Assembly: GCA_964534625.1 (NCBI GenBank)
Contig: CAZHRF010000017.1
Coordinates: 1-58,217 of the forward strand
Source: an uncultured archaeon
GTDB taxonomy: Archaea > Asgardarchaeota > Heimdallarchaeia > Heimdallarchaeales > Heimdallarchaeaceae
Direction of reading: 5' to 3'
DNA length: 58,217 bases
The translations under genes and the position numbers were made by a program. The stretch's first letter is position 1, and each line of letters opens with the position of its first letter. Shown here piece after piece: positions 19,075 to 30,110 of this stretch. Below the pieces are notes generated by a model that saw only the letters and a list, made by a program, of their open reading frames with translations, had not been told where the DNA came from and did not search any database.

Positions 19075-20706
19075 TTATTTAAGTGTACGATATTGTCCTA
19101 TTAACCAGTTAGAATTACTATTCTCGTGTCCTTTTTTTTCTTCTAGTACTTTTAATCCTTTATCCATCAAATCAATTTGACCCTTAGGCATTTTATTACT
19201 AGATCCTTGTATCTCAGCTTGAATGTTAGTATTTTGTTCAATCAAGAATTCCAAATTTTTCTTAAGGAAATTTTTAGCTTCAAATGCCATACAATCAAAC
19301 CCTATTTTGCCATTATCACCTGTTATAGGTAATTTTTTGGGTTTATTCATTTTAGGTGGGATTTCAAAGGGTATTAATACTTTGTAAATTAGTTTTTTCT
19401 TTTCTTTATATTTACCGATAGCAACAGGAACTTGTATTGTAACAAATTCTTCAGTATTATTCACTCCTAATACTTCGGATTTCATAGTATAATTGCTAAC
19501 TAGTTGATAATTATCTATAATATCTTGTTTAATCATGTCTCTCTTTTTCTTGAAGTTTTCTAAATCTTGTTTAGATCGTTCAGTTTTGTTTTCTTGTTTT
19601 TGTACCATTAAATCACGTTCAATTTCAGAATCTTTTATTTTCCTTTTTTCTTCTTCTTTGATAACATTTAATTTATCTGATATTGAACGTTTATCAACTG
19701 CTGCTTGCTGATCAACATCTACAAATTCGTGTTTCCTATTGTTCAACTCACGGTGAGCACTCTCTAAACCAGTACCAAAGGTTTGTGTTTCATCTTGTAA
19801 AATACGAATTTCATTTAACACACCATCAATATCAGAATCTGATGAAATTTCATCTAAACCTTTTTTTATTGAAGATAAATGTTGTTGTAATTCGTTTAGA
19901 TCATTGGTTATCCGTGACCAAATTTTACCCGATTTAACCCGAGAGAGAATATCTTGTTTTTCTTTTTTGGCTTCTTGGGCTATTCTTGTTTTCTCTTTTT
20001 CTTCTTCTTTTTCTATTTCTTTCAACTTGGTTTTTAATGCTTCATTTTGTTCACTTATTTTATCATCATATCCTTTCTTCATCTCTTTCTTCTTGTCAAT
20101 TTTATTTTTAATATCACTTTCAAATTCTTTTTCTATATCATCAAGCAAGTTTTCGACTTCTGTCTCTAATTGTTGTTCAGAAATGGCATGGTCTTGAATA
20201 TCTTTAATCTGTCTTCTAATATCTTGAATAGATACTAGTGGAGGAATTTTTTTGTATGAAGGTTTTTCTTCTCCTCTGTGTTGTGTAATAAGTTTAACCA
20301 TACCATTTTTACCTTCTCTGCCAAGTACCCCACTAACTTCAACGGTAGTTCCTTGAATTGACATTAGTTCTCTTTCAAGATTCTCTACTCGACCTAATCC
20401 TTCATCTTCTTCGGAAAGAATTTTGCGTATCTCTTGTTTATTGGGTATTTTACTAATGCTAATCCTATTTTTTTCAGGCTCCATGGCATTGATTGAAATG
20501 TAATTATTTTCATTTATTTTAACAGCATAAAATGGGACATAGCATTTGTAAATCGCTTCTAAGTCTACTGAAGTACTAAACAGGCCGCCTTCATTAACAT
20601 AATCTAAAGCTAAACCAAAAACTGAAGAATATTCTACAGCCTCAGCCTCACTTTCATCGTCAAAATCGTGTTTAATTAGTTTTAAAAATATATTTTGATT
20701 TGGCAT
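19075..20706 (-). CDS. Long coiled-coil protein with globular termini
   Basis: Central K/E/Q-rich heptad region flanked by YVPFY and QVPVA beta motifs. Likely start is ATG 20706. Confidence 0.6.
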   Translation of the reverse strand: MPNQNIFLKLIKHDFDDESEAEAVEYSSVFGLALDYVNEGGLFSTSVDLEAIYKCYVPFYAVKINENNYISINAMEPEKNRISISKIPNKQEIRKILSEEDEGLGRVENLERELMSIQGTTVEVSGVLGREGKNGMVKLITQHRGEEKPSYKKIPPLVSIQDIRRQIKDIQDHAISEQQLETEVENLLDDIEKEFESDIKNKIDKKKEMKKGYDDKISEQNEALKTKLKEIEKEEEKEKTRIAQEAKKEKQDILSRVKSGKIWSRITNDLNELQQHLSSIKKGLDEISSDSDIDGVLNEIRILQDETQTFGTGLESAHRELNNRKHEFVDVDQQAAVDKRSISDKLNVIKEEEKRKIKDSEIERDLMVQKQENKTERSKQDLENFKKKRDMIKQDIIDNYQLVSNYTMKSEVLGVNNTEEFVTIQVPVAIGKYKEKKKLIYKVLIPFEIPPKMNKPKKLPITGDNGKIGFDCMAFEAKNFLKKNLEFLIEQNTNIQAEIQGSSNKMPKGQIDLMDKGLKVLEEKKGHENSNSNWLIGQYRTLK

Positions 20707-20722
20707 TTTTGTATTTAACTCC

Positions 20723-21475
20723 TTAATAAGTAATTTTTCCATCGTGAATTTTTATAATTCGATCAGCAAATTTTCCTAGTTTGTGATCGTGTGTTGCAAT
20801 GACAACTGCAGCTCCTTCTCTTGAAATAAGTTTCATCTGTCGAAGAATTTGGTTCCCCGTTTCTGTGTCTAGGTTGCCCGTAGGTTCATCAGCAAAAACT
20901 ATCCGTGGTTCTTTAATTAAAGCCCGGCAAATGGCAACTCGTTGCTGTTCTCCTCCACTAAGTTGATCTGGAAAAGCATATTCTTTATCAAGTAAACCAA
21001 CCTTTCGGAGTAGTTTTATGGCTTTTTCTCTTAACTCTCCGCTGGGTATATTGGAAATATAAAGACTAGATTCAACATTCTCTACCGCTTTAAGGGTAGG
21101 AATAAGTTCCCAAGCTTGAAAAACAAATCCAACATTATGGCGTCTATAGGTGGTTAATTGATTTTCGTTCCATTCAGAGATATCTACAATATCTTCTCCC
21201 TCTTCATCTTTATTTTCTAGTTTTTCATTCCTTACTTGTTGAAATTTCGAACTAGCTCTAGCGGTATTGAACCATATCTGTCCTTCTGTGGGTTTATCTA
21301 AACCAGAAAGTACATTTAACATTGTAGTTTTTCCAGAAGCAGAGACACCTACAATCATAAGGATCTCTCCTGGATATACCTCAACATTTACTTTGTCAAG
21401 AGCTGTAACCACTTCGCTCCTCCCTCTCTGATATATTTTAGTAACATTTTCGACTTTTAGTATTGGTTCGCTCAT
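20723..21475 (-). CDS. ABC transporter ATP-binding protein (LolD/FtsE/MacB type)
   Basis: Walker [34 protein letters not shown] and THD motifs. Confidence 0.92.
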   Translation of the reverse strand: MSEPILKVENVTKIYQRGRSEVVTALDKVNVEVYPGEILMIVGVSASGKTTMLNVLSGLDKPTEGQIWFNTARASSKFQQVRNEKLENKDEEGEDIVDISEWNENQLTTYRRHNVGFVFQAWELIPTLKAVENVESSLYISNIPSGELREKAIKLLRKVGLLDKEYAFPDQLSGGEQQRVAICRALIKEPRIVFADEPTGNLDTETGNQILRQMKLISREGAAVVIATHDHKLGKFADRIIKIHDGKITY

Positions 21476-21479
21476 TTTA

Positions 21480-22673
21480 TCACCGTCCTTTGAATAAAAT
21501 TACCGTACTGACCCGATTAATAGAGAAGCTTGAGATTAGCATACCAGGAATAGAAATGACAACTACTATGATAAAGGATAATAGTAATGTAGTTGGAGTT
21601 AATAACTGGTTAGCAAGTGTATATCCCCTCAAGAGAAAGTACACTAATATAGCTAATATCCCTAATAAGTATCCAAACATACTAATAGTAAGGCTTTCCC
21701 CCAATAGATTAATTCTTATCTCTCCCTTTTCATATCCCATTGCACGAAGCACAGCAATTTCTCTCTTTCTAAACCATCCAAGTAGAAAGTTGTATAAAAT
21801 AGTTAGAATTATACCACCTAAAATACCTACCCCAAAGTAAAGATAATTCGTAGTTCTAATTTTTCTCATTTCTAATGGGTCTTCATATCTTGGGTCTCCC
21901 CATTCTCCATACGCACCTTCTGTTTGATATATGTATAATGGTGAATCCAAATCCATTAAGTTTAACATGTTATTATTAACATCTTCATTGAAAGGATTAA
22001 ATAACTCTCCAGTAACTGTTAATGCAATACTATGACTGTATATCTGGACATTACCTCCAACTTGCTGATTAATATAATCAAAGTCATCATTTGTGATATA
22101 AATTCTTACTCTATCTCTAAGTGCAATAGTAGTATCGTTTACTTGCCCTACAACATTGAGTTCAAATGGTTCTCCATCGTTAATGAACTGTAAAGTATCA
22201 CCTGTTTTAAGAGATTCACGAAATTCCCCTGTTATATTCGCTGCATCGATTTTAAGATAAGCATTAGTAGAAACTATAGCTTGCCCATTACTTGAAATAT
22301 AGCGACCAGAAAAGATATTACTTGGCTTGACTTCAAATAACCATTTGTCAGCAGGATCAACACTATAAAAGCGAATTTGTTCTCCTAAATCAAAATAACG
22401 GAATAAAACGACTTTTTCAACACTGGAAATAGTAGTTCTGTAATAATCAACTAGTTGCTCACCTACTGATTCGGTAACAGGATTGTTATTATCAGCCTTA
22501 ATATAGAAACCTTTGTGTCTCATTAGTTGAGCAGTATTGTATTCATTAAATGTACTAACAAATAATGTGGTGAATGTTGCAAGAAAAGCAAATATAATAA
22601 CAAAGGTAATCCATCTTTTTTTTGCTCGAAAAGCAAACCGAATAGAATTTTTCATTAGTCGCCAAAGTGCCAT
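21480..22673 (-). CDS. ABC transporter permease, FtsX/MacB-like
   Basis: N-terminal TM, large extracellular domain, RKREIAVLRAMG motif followed by further TMs. Confidence 0.88.
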   Translation of the reverse strand: MALWRLMKNSIRFAFRAKKRWITFVIIFAFLATFTTLFVSTFNEYNTAQLMRHKGFYIKADNNNPVTESVGEQLVDYYRTTISSVEKVVLFRYFDLGEQIRFYSVDPADKWLFEVKPSNIFSGRYISSNGQAIVSTNAYLKIDAANITGEFRESLKTGDTLQFINDGEPFELNVVGQVNDTTIALRDRVRIYITNDDFDYINQQVGGNVQIYSHSIALTVTGELFNPFNEDVNNNMLNLMDLDSPLYIYQTEGAYGEWGDPRYEDPLEMRKIRTTNYLYFGVGILGGIILTILYNFLLGWFRKREIAVLRAMGYEKGEIRINLLGESLTISMFGYLLGILAILVYFLLRGYTLANQLLTPTTLLLSFIIVVVISIPGMLISSFSINRVSTVILFKGR

Positions 22674-22755
22674 ATTATTTTCCCCATTATTTTTTAATTA
22701 TCCAAATTACATTACATTCTATCATTTTTAAAATCTCTTATTTAAAATAAATTAT

Positions 22756-23481
22756 TTAGTAAACTCGAGCACCAAAAATGGCTGTACCAACTCTAACCAT
22801 TGTTGCACCTTCTTCAATGGCTATTTCATAATCTATAGACATGCCCATTGAGAGTTCAGGTTTATCAAAGTCAAGTACAGGAATAAAATCACTTTTGAAT
22901 ATTTCATGCGTTTTCTTGAAAAACTTGCGGAGGGTAGGAATTTCTTTCTCAAACTCAAGTGGTGCTATTGTCATTAATCCTTGAACTTGTACGTTTGTAA
23001 ATTGTGTTTTTGTTAGTTCTAATAATTTTAATCCCTTCTCTCTCGTTAAACCCTTTCTGTTATCAACAGTACTAAAATCAACCTGAAGATAAATAGGATA
23101 GACTATCTCTCTTTTCTTTGCGCGTTTATTTATCTCTTTGAGTATTTTAAGGGATTTAACACTCTGAATGAGACAAGAAGTGTCTAAAGCAAGTTTAACT
23201 TTATTACGTTGCATATTACCTATGACGTGTATGTTTAAGTTGGGTGCATAGCTATTAATTTCAGGATATTTGTGTTTGAACTCTGTACCCATCACCTCAC
23301 CTATGTAGGAAAGACCAGCGTCAATAGCTGGAAAAACACGTTCTGTCTCAATTTTTTTTGTTACGCCAACCAAAGTAATTTTTGAAGGATCACGGCGAGA
23401 ATGTTTACATGCTTTGTCTATTTTATGTAAGACCTTTTCATAGTTTGTACGGATAGTATCTGGAGTGATGGTAGAATTCAT
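22756..23481 (-). CDS. yggS: YggS/PLPBP pyridoxal-phosphate homeostasis protein
   Basis: LVGVTK, HVIGNMQRNK, GLMTI and LSMGMS.DY..AIEEGATMVRVGTAIFG motifs. Confidence 0.92.
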   Translation of the reverse strand: MNSTITPDTIRTNYEKVLHKIDKACKHSRRDPSKITLVGVTKKIETERVFPAIDAGLSYIGEVMGTEFKHKYPEINSYAPNLNIHVIGNMQRNKVKLALDTSCLIQSVKSLKILKEINKRAKKREIVYPIYLQVDFSTVDNRKGLTREKGLKLLELTKTQFTNVQVQGLMTIAPLEFEKEIPTLRKFFKKTHEIFKSDFIPVLDFDKPELSMGMSIDYEIAIEEGATMVRVGTAIFGARVY

Positions 23482-23573
23482 TGATTAAAAGCAGAAAATC
23501 ATTATGATAAATATTTTGATAACTAGAAGATAATTAGGATAGGTTTTTAAAAGCGATTGGAAAAGATATTCTA

Positions 23574-24974
23574 ATGAATCATGAAATAATGGAGAAAATA
23601 TTAACGAAACTTGAAGATAAAAATGTGACGTATGGTGATATACGAATAGAAAATTCTGTTAGTTCTACTATACGTACAATTAATGGACAAGTTGAGCAAT
23701 CAACTACTGGAATTGATGCGGGATTGGGAATAAGAGTATTAAATCAAGGTGCATATGGTTTTGCCTATGGGCCTATTGAATCTTATGATAAAGTTATAAG
23801 TATGGCATTACAAGCAAATAAATTAAATATAAAACAAAAAAGACAAGATATTGAGTTAGCTCATGTGAAAATAGTTAAAGATTCGTTTGTTGGAGAACAA
23901 AAAGAAAATCTTGCAGATATGAGTTTCGAAGAGAAAATAGAGTTGACGTTTGAAGCAGATAAGGCGATGAAGGAAAAAGCGATTAAATCTCGTACTACTC
24001 GTTATGTGGAATTACAGAGAAAAATGATATTAGGGACAACTGAAGGCACTGTTATAGAGTATGATGTACCTTATTTGATTTTAATAGCTAATGCTGTTGC
24101 AAGAGAAGGGGGACAAACAATTGAAGGAAGAAGCAGAATTGGACATATAGGCGGACTTGAAATATTAAAAGAAAGAGATCCAACAAAGGTGGGAAAAACA
24201 GCTGTAGAACAAGCTTTGTCGGGTCTAAACGCACCTAAACTCAAACCCGGTTCATATCCTGTGGTTTTAGACGGAACGATTAATCATCTATTTGCTCATG
24301 AAGCTTGTGGCCATTCCGCAGAAGGCGATTTTGTACAAACTGCTGGTGTTTTACGAGGTAAATTGGGTAAAAATGTTGCAAATTCTATTGTAAATTTAGT
24401 TGACGATGGGACATTAGAAGAAGTCAATGGTCAGAAAACATTTGGTTACTTAAAATATGATGATGAGGGTGTTCCTTCTAAAAAAACCTATATTATACGA
24501 AATGGAAAACTGGAAACATATCTCACTGATAGGGCATCAGCGGCCCATTTCGACTTAGAACCAACAGGAAATGCCCGGGCTGAATCTTATGTTAATCCCC
24601 AAATTGTTAGAATGAGAAATACTTACATCTGTACTGATGACAAAAACTCTATGAAGAATGAAGAATTGTTAGAACTTATTGGTGATGGATACTTTTTGTC
24701 AATGGGTGGAGGTGGGCAAGTTGATCCTATAAAGGGCACATTTAATTTTGGGGTCTCAAAGATCTTTGACATTAAAAATGGAGAGATGGGTCAACAATAC
24801 AAACCTACCACACTTAGTGGGAATACTCTTATGACCTTGAATAAGATTATCGGTATATCAAATACGTTTGAAGATCCATATGAAAGCATAGGCTTTTGTG
24901 GTAAGGGTGGTCAATCTGCCCCTGTTGGTGTTACTGGTGGTTGGTTGGGAATTAAAAAAATCGTTATAGGATAA
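23574..24974 (+). CDS. tldD: TldD-family metalloprotease subunit
   Basis: HEACGH (HExxxH), YDDEG, TGNARA..Y...RMRNT and CGKGGQ motifs. Confidence 0.92.
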   Translation: MNHEIMEKILTKLEDKNVTYGDIRIENSVSSTIRTINGQVEQSTTGIDAGLGIRVLNQGAYGFAYGPIESYDKVISMALQANKLNIKQKRQDIELAHVKIVKDSFVGEQKENLADMSFEEKIELTFEADKAMKEKAIKSRTTRYVELQRKMILGTTEGTVIEYDVPYLILIANAVAREGGQTIEGRSRIGHIGGLEILKERDPTKVGKTAVEQALSGLNAPKLKPGSYPVVLDGTINHLFAHEACGHSAEGDFVQTAGVLRGKLGKNVANSIVNLVDDGTLEEVNGQKTFGYLKYDDEGVPSKKTYIIRNGKLETYLTDRASAAHFDLEPTGNARAESYVNPQIVRMRNTYICTDDKNSMKNEELLELIGDGYFLSMGGGGQVDPIKGTFNFGVSKIFDIKNGEMGQQYKPTTLSGNTLMTLNKIIGISNTFEDPYESIGFCGKGGQSAPVGVTGGWLGIKKIVIG

Positions 24975-24987
24975 AAGGTGAAAAAAC

Positions 24988-26448
24988 ATGTCAAATAACA
25001 CATTAAAAGATAAAATACAATCTGCACTAAATTTTGGATTAAAACAAGCTTCTAAATCTGGTGCCTCTCATAGTGAAGGTTTTGGTTTATACCAAAACGC
25101 TTACAACTTCCAATTAGAGAAAAATTTACCCAAACACAATCTAGGTATCAGAAGTGGGATAGCTTTTCGGATTATCGTGGATCATTCCATGGGTTTTGCT
25201 TATACTTCTTCTTTTTCCAATGAAGATATAAAACAAACCATTAAATTAGCGATAGAAAATGCTAGAGCACAGAAAAAGGATGAAAACATTACTGCTTTTC
25301 CCCAACCAAAGAAAAATCATTCTGCTATATTTGATTTGGATAAAAAACTTTATTCTTTATCTGTTGATGATGCTTCTTCTGCTTTTGAACAATTAGAACT
25401 AGATGAACTCCCTAAGGATCTCTATTTCCTTCAATCAATGGGTATATTTCAATCCGGAGACTCATTTTTGAAGAACTCAAACGGTATTGATATTCACGAA
25501 CAATTTGCAGGCTATGGATTGGGAACAGGTTTTCTTTCAATTCGAGGAATGCCTAGTTATGATTTTCATCTTGAAGGAACAAGATCTTGGGGTGATATAA
25601 ATCCTCGTGAAATATCGAAGAAAGCACTTGAAAAAACAATGGAATCAGGTAAACCAAAAACAATGAATATTGCTGGTAAGTATCCTGTTATCATAACCCC
25701 TGATGCTTCTTATGGTCTGTTTGGAGGATTATTTGTTGTTTTATCTCGTCTACTCCATGGGGATAAGGCGAGTAGAGGAGATAGTGCCTACGCAGATAAG
25801 ATAGGAGAAAAAGTAGCACCCGCTAATTTTACCTTAATAGATGATCCATTGGATACTCGGTTCATGACAGCTAGTCAGTATGATGCTGAAGGTATACCCA
25901 CTCAAAGAACTGAATTAATAAAAGATGGGGTCTTACAAACATATTATTTAGATTCTTATTATGGACGTAAATTGGGATTAGAGTCAAATGGAAAAGCAGT
26001 TAGAGGAGGTATGATGGGAGGAAATCCCGTATCGACCCCCCCTTCAATAGGTTCTTATACAACGATTATAGAACCCGGTGATGCCACAGTAGACGAAATG
26101 ATTGAAGAAATTAAAGAAGGGTTTATGATGAAGAGTTTGATGGGAATTCATATGTCGGACTTTTCAAGTGGAAGATTTTCAGTTACGGGATCAGGCTGGT
26201 ATATTAAAAAAGGAGAAGTAAAAACACCAGTACAAGATATATCCATGTCTGGAACCATTCCTGAGTTATTATTAAATATAGACTTAATCTCAAAAGAAAC
26301 CCAACAAGGATTGAATAATGAAGTACCGTACCTCAGAATAACAGAACTTGATGTGACTGGAAAAAAATTAGATTTTAAAGTCAGAATTGGATATAAAATA
26401 ATGAAAATACTCGTAAAACTTGGGATAATAAAAAATCCTTTAATCTAA
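24988..26448 (+). CDS. pmbA: PmbA/TldE-family subunit
   Basis: DDP, YDAEG and SGRFS motifs, no HExxxH, directly downstream of tldD. Confidence 0.88.
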   Translation: MSNNTLKDKIQSALNFGLKQASKSGASHSEGFGLYQNAYNFQLEKNLPKHNLGIRSGIAFRIIVDHSMGFAYTSSFSNEDIKQTIKLAIENARAQKKDENITAFPQPKKNHSAIFDLDKKLYSLSVDDASSAFEQLELDELPKDLYFLQSMGIFQSGDSFLKNSNGIDIHEQFAGYGLGTGFLSIRGMPSYDFHLEGTRSWGDINPREISKKALEKTMESGKPKTMNIAGKYPVIITPDASYGLFGGLFVVLSRLLHGDKASRGDSAYADKIGEKVAPANFTLIDDPLDTRFMTASQYDAEGIPTQRTELIKDGVLQTYYLDSYYGRKLGLESNGKAVRGGMMGGNPVSTPPSIGSYTTIIEPGDATVDEMIEEIKEGFMMKSLMGIHMSDFSSGRFSVTGSGWYIKKGEVKTPVQDISMSGTIPELLLNIDLISKETQQGLNNEVPYLRITELDVTGKKLDFKVRIGYKIMKILVKLGIIKNPLI

Positions 26449-26840
26449 TGAATTTTATTTTTTTATTTTTTCTTGTTTCTTTGTTATATTTGTCTATAAT
26501 TTATGTTTGAATAGTGCTATTTTAATCTGACTAAAGTATTTACTCACATGTTTTTTATCGATTTAATTTCTTCATGTTTCGCTTCTTCGAAATTTTTAGT
26601 AAAACTTGATTCATCAGCACTTATGATTATTTTACTAAAAATCTACTAACTCACTTTCCAATAATATTTTTAGTATTGGAATTAACTTTTTTCTAAATAT
26701 AAACTCAAAGAAACAATGAAATTAACTACTAAAAGTGAAAAATTTTTGTTATTGGTTTTGCGTTTAAATGTGAGATAAACACAAGATAAAAATTAAGGGT
26801 AAAAGTTAAAAAAAAGAAAAAAAAGAAATTAAGATATCAA

Positions 26841-29800
26841 CTATCTTCTTTTCTTTATAACTACTATTGAAACAATGCTTAGTAATCCAACGCTTATTAT
26901 GGCTAGATCTGCAAAACCAAAACCAATGTTAGTTGTTGGTTCTTCATCACCGTCTGTTGGAGTTGTTGCTGTACTTTCTCCGTCTTCTACTGTAAATGAA
27001 TAGTAACTGCCAGCATTGTCTTCTTCTGCTATATTGACATATATTGTAGCGTCTCTAGCTGTAATGTAGTACTCTACTTCGTCACCTACACCAAAACTTC
27101 CAATGTTTGCAGAATATGTGTCTCCAGATGTTAAAGCCATTGTCTCTTTCTGCCAGTCACTACTATTGACTCTGTAATGAACCATAACTTCTTGCACAGC
27201 TGTATCATCAGTAACATTAGCACTAACAACTACGTTATCACCTTCTACAGGTACATTTGGTGTGTGTCCAACATTAGTAATTGTTGGAGGTGTATTATCT
27301 GGATCAGGTGTATTAACCGATGGTAAGGTGACATAATCTGTAACAGGTGCCAAATTACCACTTGTAATAACTGTGTCATCAGCTCTTATTTTCATTGTTA
27401 AATGAGCTGCAAAGTTTGAAGCTGGGGCAAAGGTATCATCGGGTAGAGTGAGTGTTGCATCAACATCAACGGATAATCCTGCACCTAAGAATATACCAGT
27501 AGTATAGTCATAAGCAACCCAGAGCGAACAATTAAAGTAAATACCTGCAATTACTTGTTCCCATTCAAAATCTTCGTTCATGAAGTTCATTTCCATCCCC
27601 ATCCCCATGCTCATACCCATATACATGTACATGGTATCTGTTGATGCTTCATGATGAGAGTCCATAGTTCCATTTAAGTCGAAGTCAAACATGTCCATGT
27701 TAGGATTAGCTTCAAAAAGACCGACAGCTGCTTCACCAACCCAAGCCAAATTGCCCATAATAGACGAACCAGTAGTCATTAATCCTTCATATAAACTCCA
27801 ATCAGGCAAAACTTGAATCATGGGTGCTACTGTAGGATAATAAATCGATTCTGGACCAGATGTGTCACTAGGATTATTAGGGTCATACATTTCAAAAGTA
27901 TAATTTGTCCACAATTGATCGTGACCATTCCATGTAACATCCATAAAGGTTTTGCCTACAGCATCAGTACCACCAGATTTGAATTCGTCAAGATCACTGA
28001 TTACGTCACTTGGTACTTCAGGAGGTACGTCATATTCAAATGCAAAATCATCGACGAGGTAACTCCATGAATCAGGAACAACAGGATCGTGTAAATCATA
28101 GTGTTCTATGGTATTAAACTCAATACCTATAGACGCATCCATATTCGTCATGGAATAGAAGTCTATGGCAAAACTTAATGCTCTTAGATATCCTGTGTCG
28201 GTGTCATATTCTATGTTTATGATAATTTCAACATCGCTCGATTCGTCATTGAAGTATAATTCCATGGTAAAATTATCATTACCTTGATCCCAATTAGCTA
28301 CTATACCTGGATCATCCATACCGGGTTCCCATTCAATGTTTAAACCGTCATAAGCTGCCCAATCAGTCATAGGGGCATACCAAGAGATTGGTGAGAAGTG
28401 TTCTGTTAAAGGCTCATAATCATGTGTTTCCCAATCAAAATCATAATCCATGAGTGAAAAGTTTAATTCAGTAAACATGGTTACATCTATTGGAAAAGGT
28501 ATAACTGAACCTTCTTGTAATGTCCAAACAAAGTCAGGGAGGATTATATGGTAGAATGGTCCTTCATGAGTTAACCAATTGAGCTCATTACCGTCAGGAT
28601 CAACAAGATAAGCATAAAGCCAACCATTGTCATATCCATAACTATAACTCATAGGATACATGTGATTATATCCTTCTTCATATTCATTTGCAGGATCAGG
28701 ATGAGGATCAGATGTGGTGTTATCTTTTGGATTATCTTGTACATAATCGTTGGCACCTTCAGGAAAACCATCTTGGTAACCATTCCATACGGCATTTTGC
28801 ATACCATGAATATATTCCCAATTGTCTGGTTGCCAGTCATCACCGATATCATCAGCATAACCATGTTCATAACCAAATTCATAACCATCGACCTTACCGT
28901 CTTGATAACCAGCATCATAACTGTCCCAAGGATCGTGTTTGTTAGGTGGGCTGTAATAATCTCCATGATAGGTCGAAGAAGTATTGTCGTTGCGTCCATC
29001 GTACCAACCATTTTCGTAATGCTCACTGAAACCTTCCATATATCCTCGAACATAAGAATTCCCTTTTGGTCCATCAAATAATTTCCAGTAAAGATCGGTA
29101 TTGTAGTACTCTTGGGCACCTTCATAGAAGAAACCAGAGGAATAATAGGTGTGATAACCATTCTTATACCCTTCACCTTTAGCTAAGTTGGTAAGAGTAG
29201 ATTGATCATAAGGATCAGGATTATGTCTTACAGGAATACGGTCATTATTCACATAGTCGTCTTTTCCATCATCAAACCCATCTGGGCGTCCTTCTAGAAA
29301 ACCATCCATCCATGCATTGGCTGCAGTTGTTGGTTTGTCCCAATCAGGGTCAGAGGCACTATAATCAGACTGATAAAATGCATTACGTCCAACATGATAG
29401 CCAAAATAATAACCAACATCTTGACCAAAATAATACCCTTCATCAGAATCATACCAATGAGCCTCGGGCCAACTGAGCCATGGCCAACCAGACCCATCAT
29501 ATGCATCTGTATAACCCCAACTAAATGAACTAGGAAATTGGTCATGGAACCCATCCCAAAATTCACTATCTGTGTCAGTTATATCAAAATCGAAATTTGT
29601 TCTTGGCCAAGAGTCGTAATAGTATCCTTGATCTTGTGGTATAGCATCTTCAGGATAGCTAAATTGTGACAGGTTAACGTATGCACTCATATCAGAGTTT
29701 AGTTTAAGTGCTGACATCACTTGCATTAATGTTTGTTCTGTTTCGTTAACATGGTCTTCAGTATCCCAATCATACTGATAAAGATACGAATCTTCCATGT

Positions 29801-30110
29801 AAGTTACATACGACCATATCTGACTACCTTCTAGGGTACCTGATGTTCCAAAATTAAAATCTGGGACGTCGGGATCATCTATAAACATTTGATTTATAAG
29901 ATCCATAAAACCTTGTCCGTAGTGGAAGGAGGTAATATCATAAATGAATTTATCTCCAGCCTCTACTGATGGACTGGTTACCCAGTCCTCAATTGAAATA
30001 TTGGAAAAGTCAGGTGTTCCGCTAGTAGTAGCAGACACGGGCGACATCGCTGTTACCAGAGGTAACAGAATAAAAATTAGTCCTATCGCTAATATTGACT
30101 TATTTTTCAT
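26841..30110 (-). CDS. Secreted, membrane-anchored acidic cell-surface protein with GYxxGY repeats and a C-terminal Ig-like domain
   Basis: Signal peptide MKNKSILAIGLIFILL (start 30110; ORF track starts at 30179), Tyr/Gly/Asp repeat region, DNTPPTITNV...VEYYITARD Ig-like domain, Thr-rich linker, TM helix ending KKRR. Confidence 0.75.
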   Translation of the reverse strand: MKNKSILAIGLIFILLPLVTAMSPVSATTSGTPDFSNISIEDWVTSPSVEAGDKFIYDITSFHYGQGFMDLINQMFIDDPDVPDFNFGTSGTLEGSQIWSYVTYMEDSYLYQYDWDTEDHVNETEQTLMQVMSALKLNSDMSAYVNLSQFSYPEDAIPQDQGYYYDSWPRTNFDFDITDTDSEFWDGFHDQFPSSFSWGYTDAYDGSGWPWLSWPEAHWYDSDEGYYFGQDVGYYFGYHVGRNAFYQSDYSASDPDWDKPTTAANAWMDGFLEGRPDGFDDGKDDYVNNDRIPVRHNPDPYDQSTLTNLAKGEGYKNGYHTYYSSGFFYEGAQEYYNTDLYWKLFDGPKGNSYVRGYMEGFSEHYENGWYDGRNDNTSSTYHGDYYSPPNKHDPWDSYDAGYQDGKVDGYEFGYEHGYADDIGDDWQPDNWEYIHGMQNAVWNGYQDGFPEGANDYVQDNPKDNTTSDPHPDPANEYEEGYNHMYPMSYSYGYDNGWLYAYLVDPDGNELNWLTHEGPFYHIILPDFVWTLQEGSVIPFPIDVTMFTELNFSLMDYDFDWETHDYEPLTEHFSPISWYAPMTDWAAYDGLNIEWEPGMDDPGIVANWDQGNDNFTMELYFNDESSDVEIIINIEYDTDTGYLRALSFAIDFYSMTNMDASIGIEFNTIEHYDLHDPVVPDSWSYLVDDFAFEYDVPPEVPSDVISDLDEFKSGGTDAVGKTFMDVTWNGHDQLWTNYTFEMYDPNNPSDTSGPESIYYPTVAPMIQVLPDWSLYEGLMTTGSSIMGNLAWVGEAAVGLFEANPNMDMFDFDLNGTMDSHHEASTDTMYMYMGMSMGMGMEMNFMNEDFEWEQVIAGIYFNCSLWVAYDYTTGIFLGAGLSVDVDATLTLPDDTFAPASNFAAHLTMKIRADDTVITSGNLAPVTDYVTLPSVNTPDPDNTPPTITNVGHTPNVPVEGDNVVVSANVTDDTAVQEVMVHYRVNSSDWQKETMALTSGDTYSANIGSFGVGDEVEYYITARDATIYVNIAEEDNAGSYYSFTVEDGESTATTPTDGDEEPTTNIGFGFADLAIISVGLLSIVSIVVIKKRR

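Noticed and set aside
26449-26840. 390-bp convergent spacer with short minus-strand coding-like fragments
   Set aside because: No ORF of useful length, no recognisable motif and no stable RNA structure; a pseudogene call cannot be supported.
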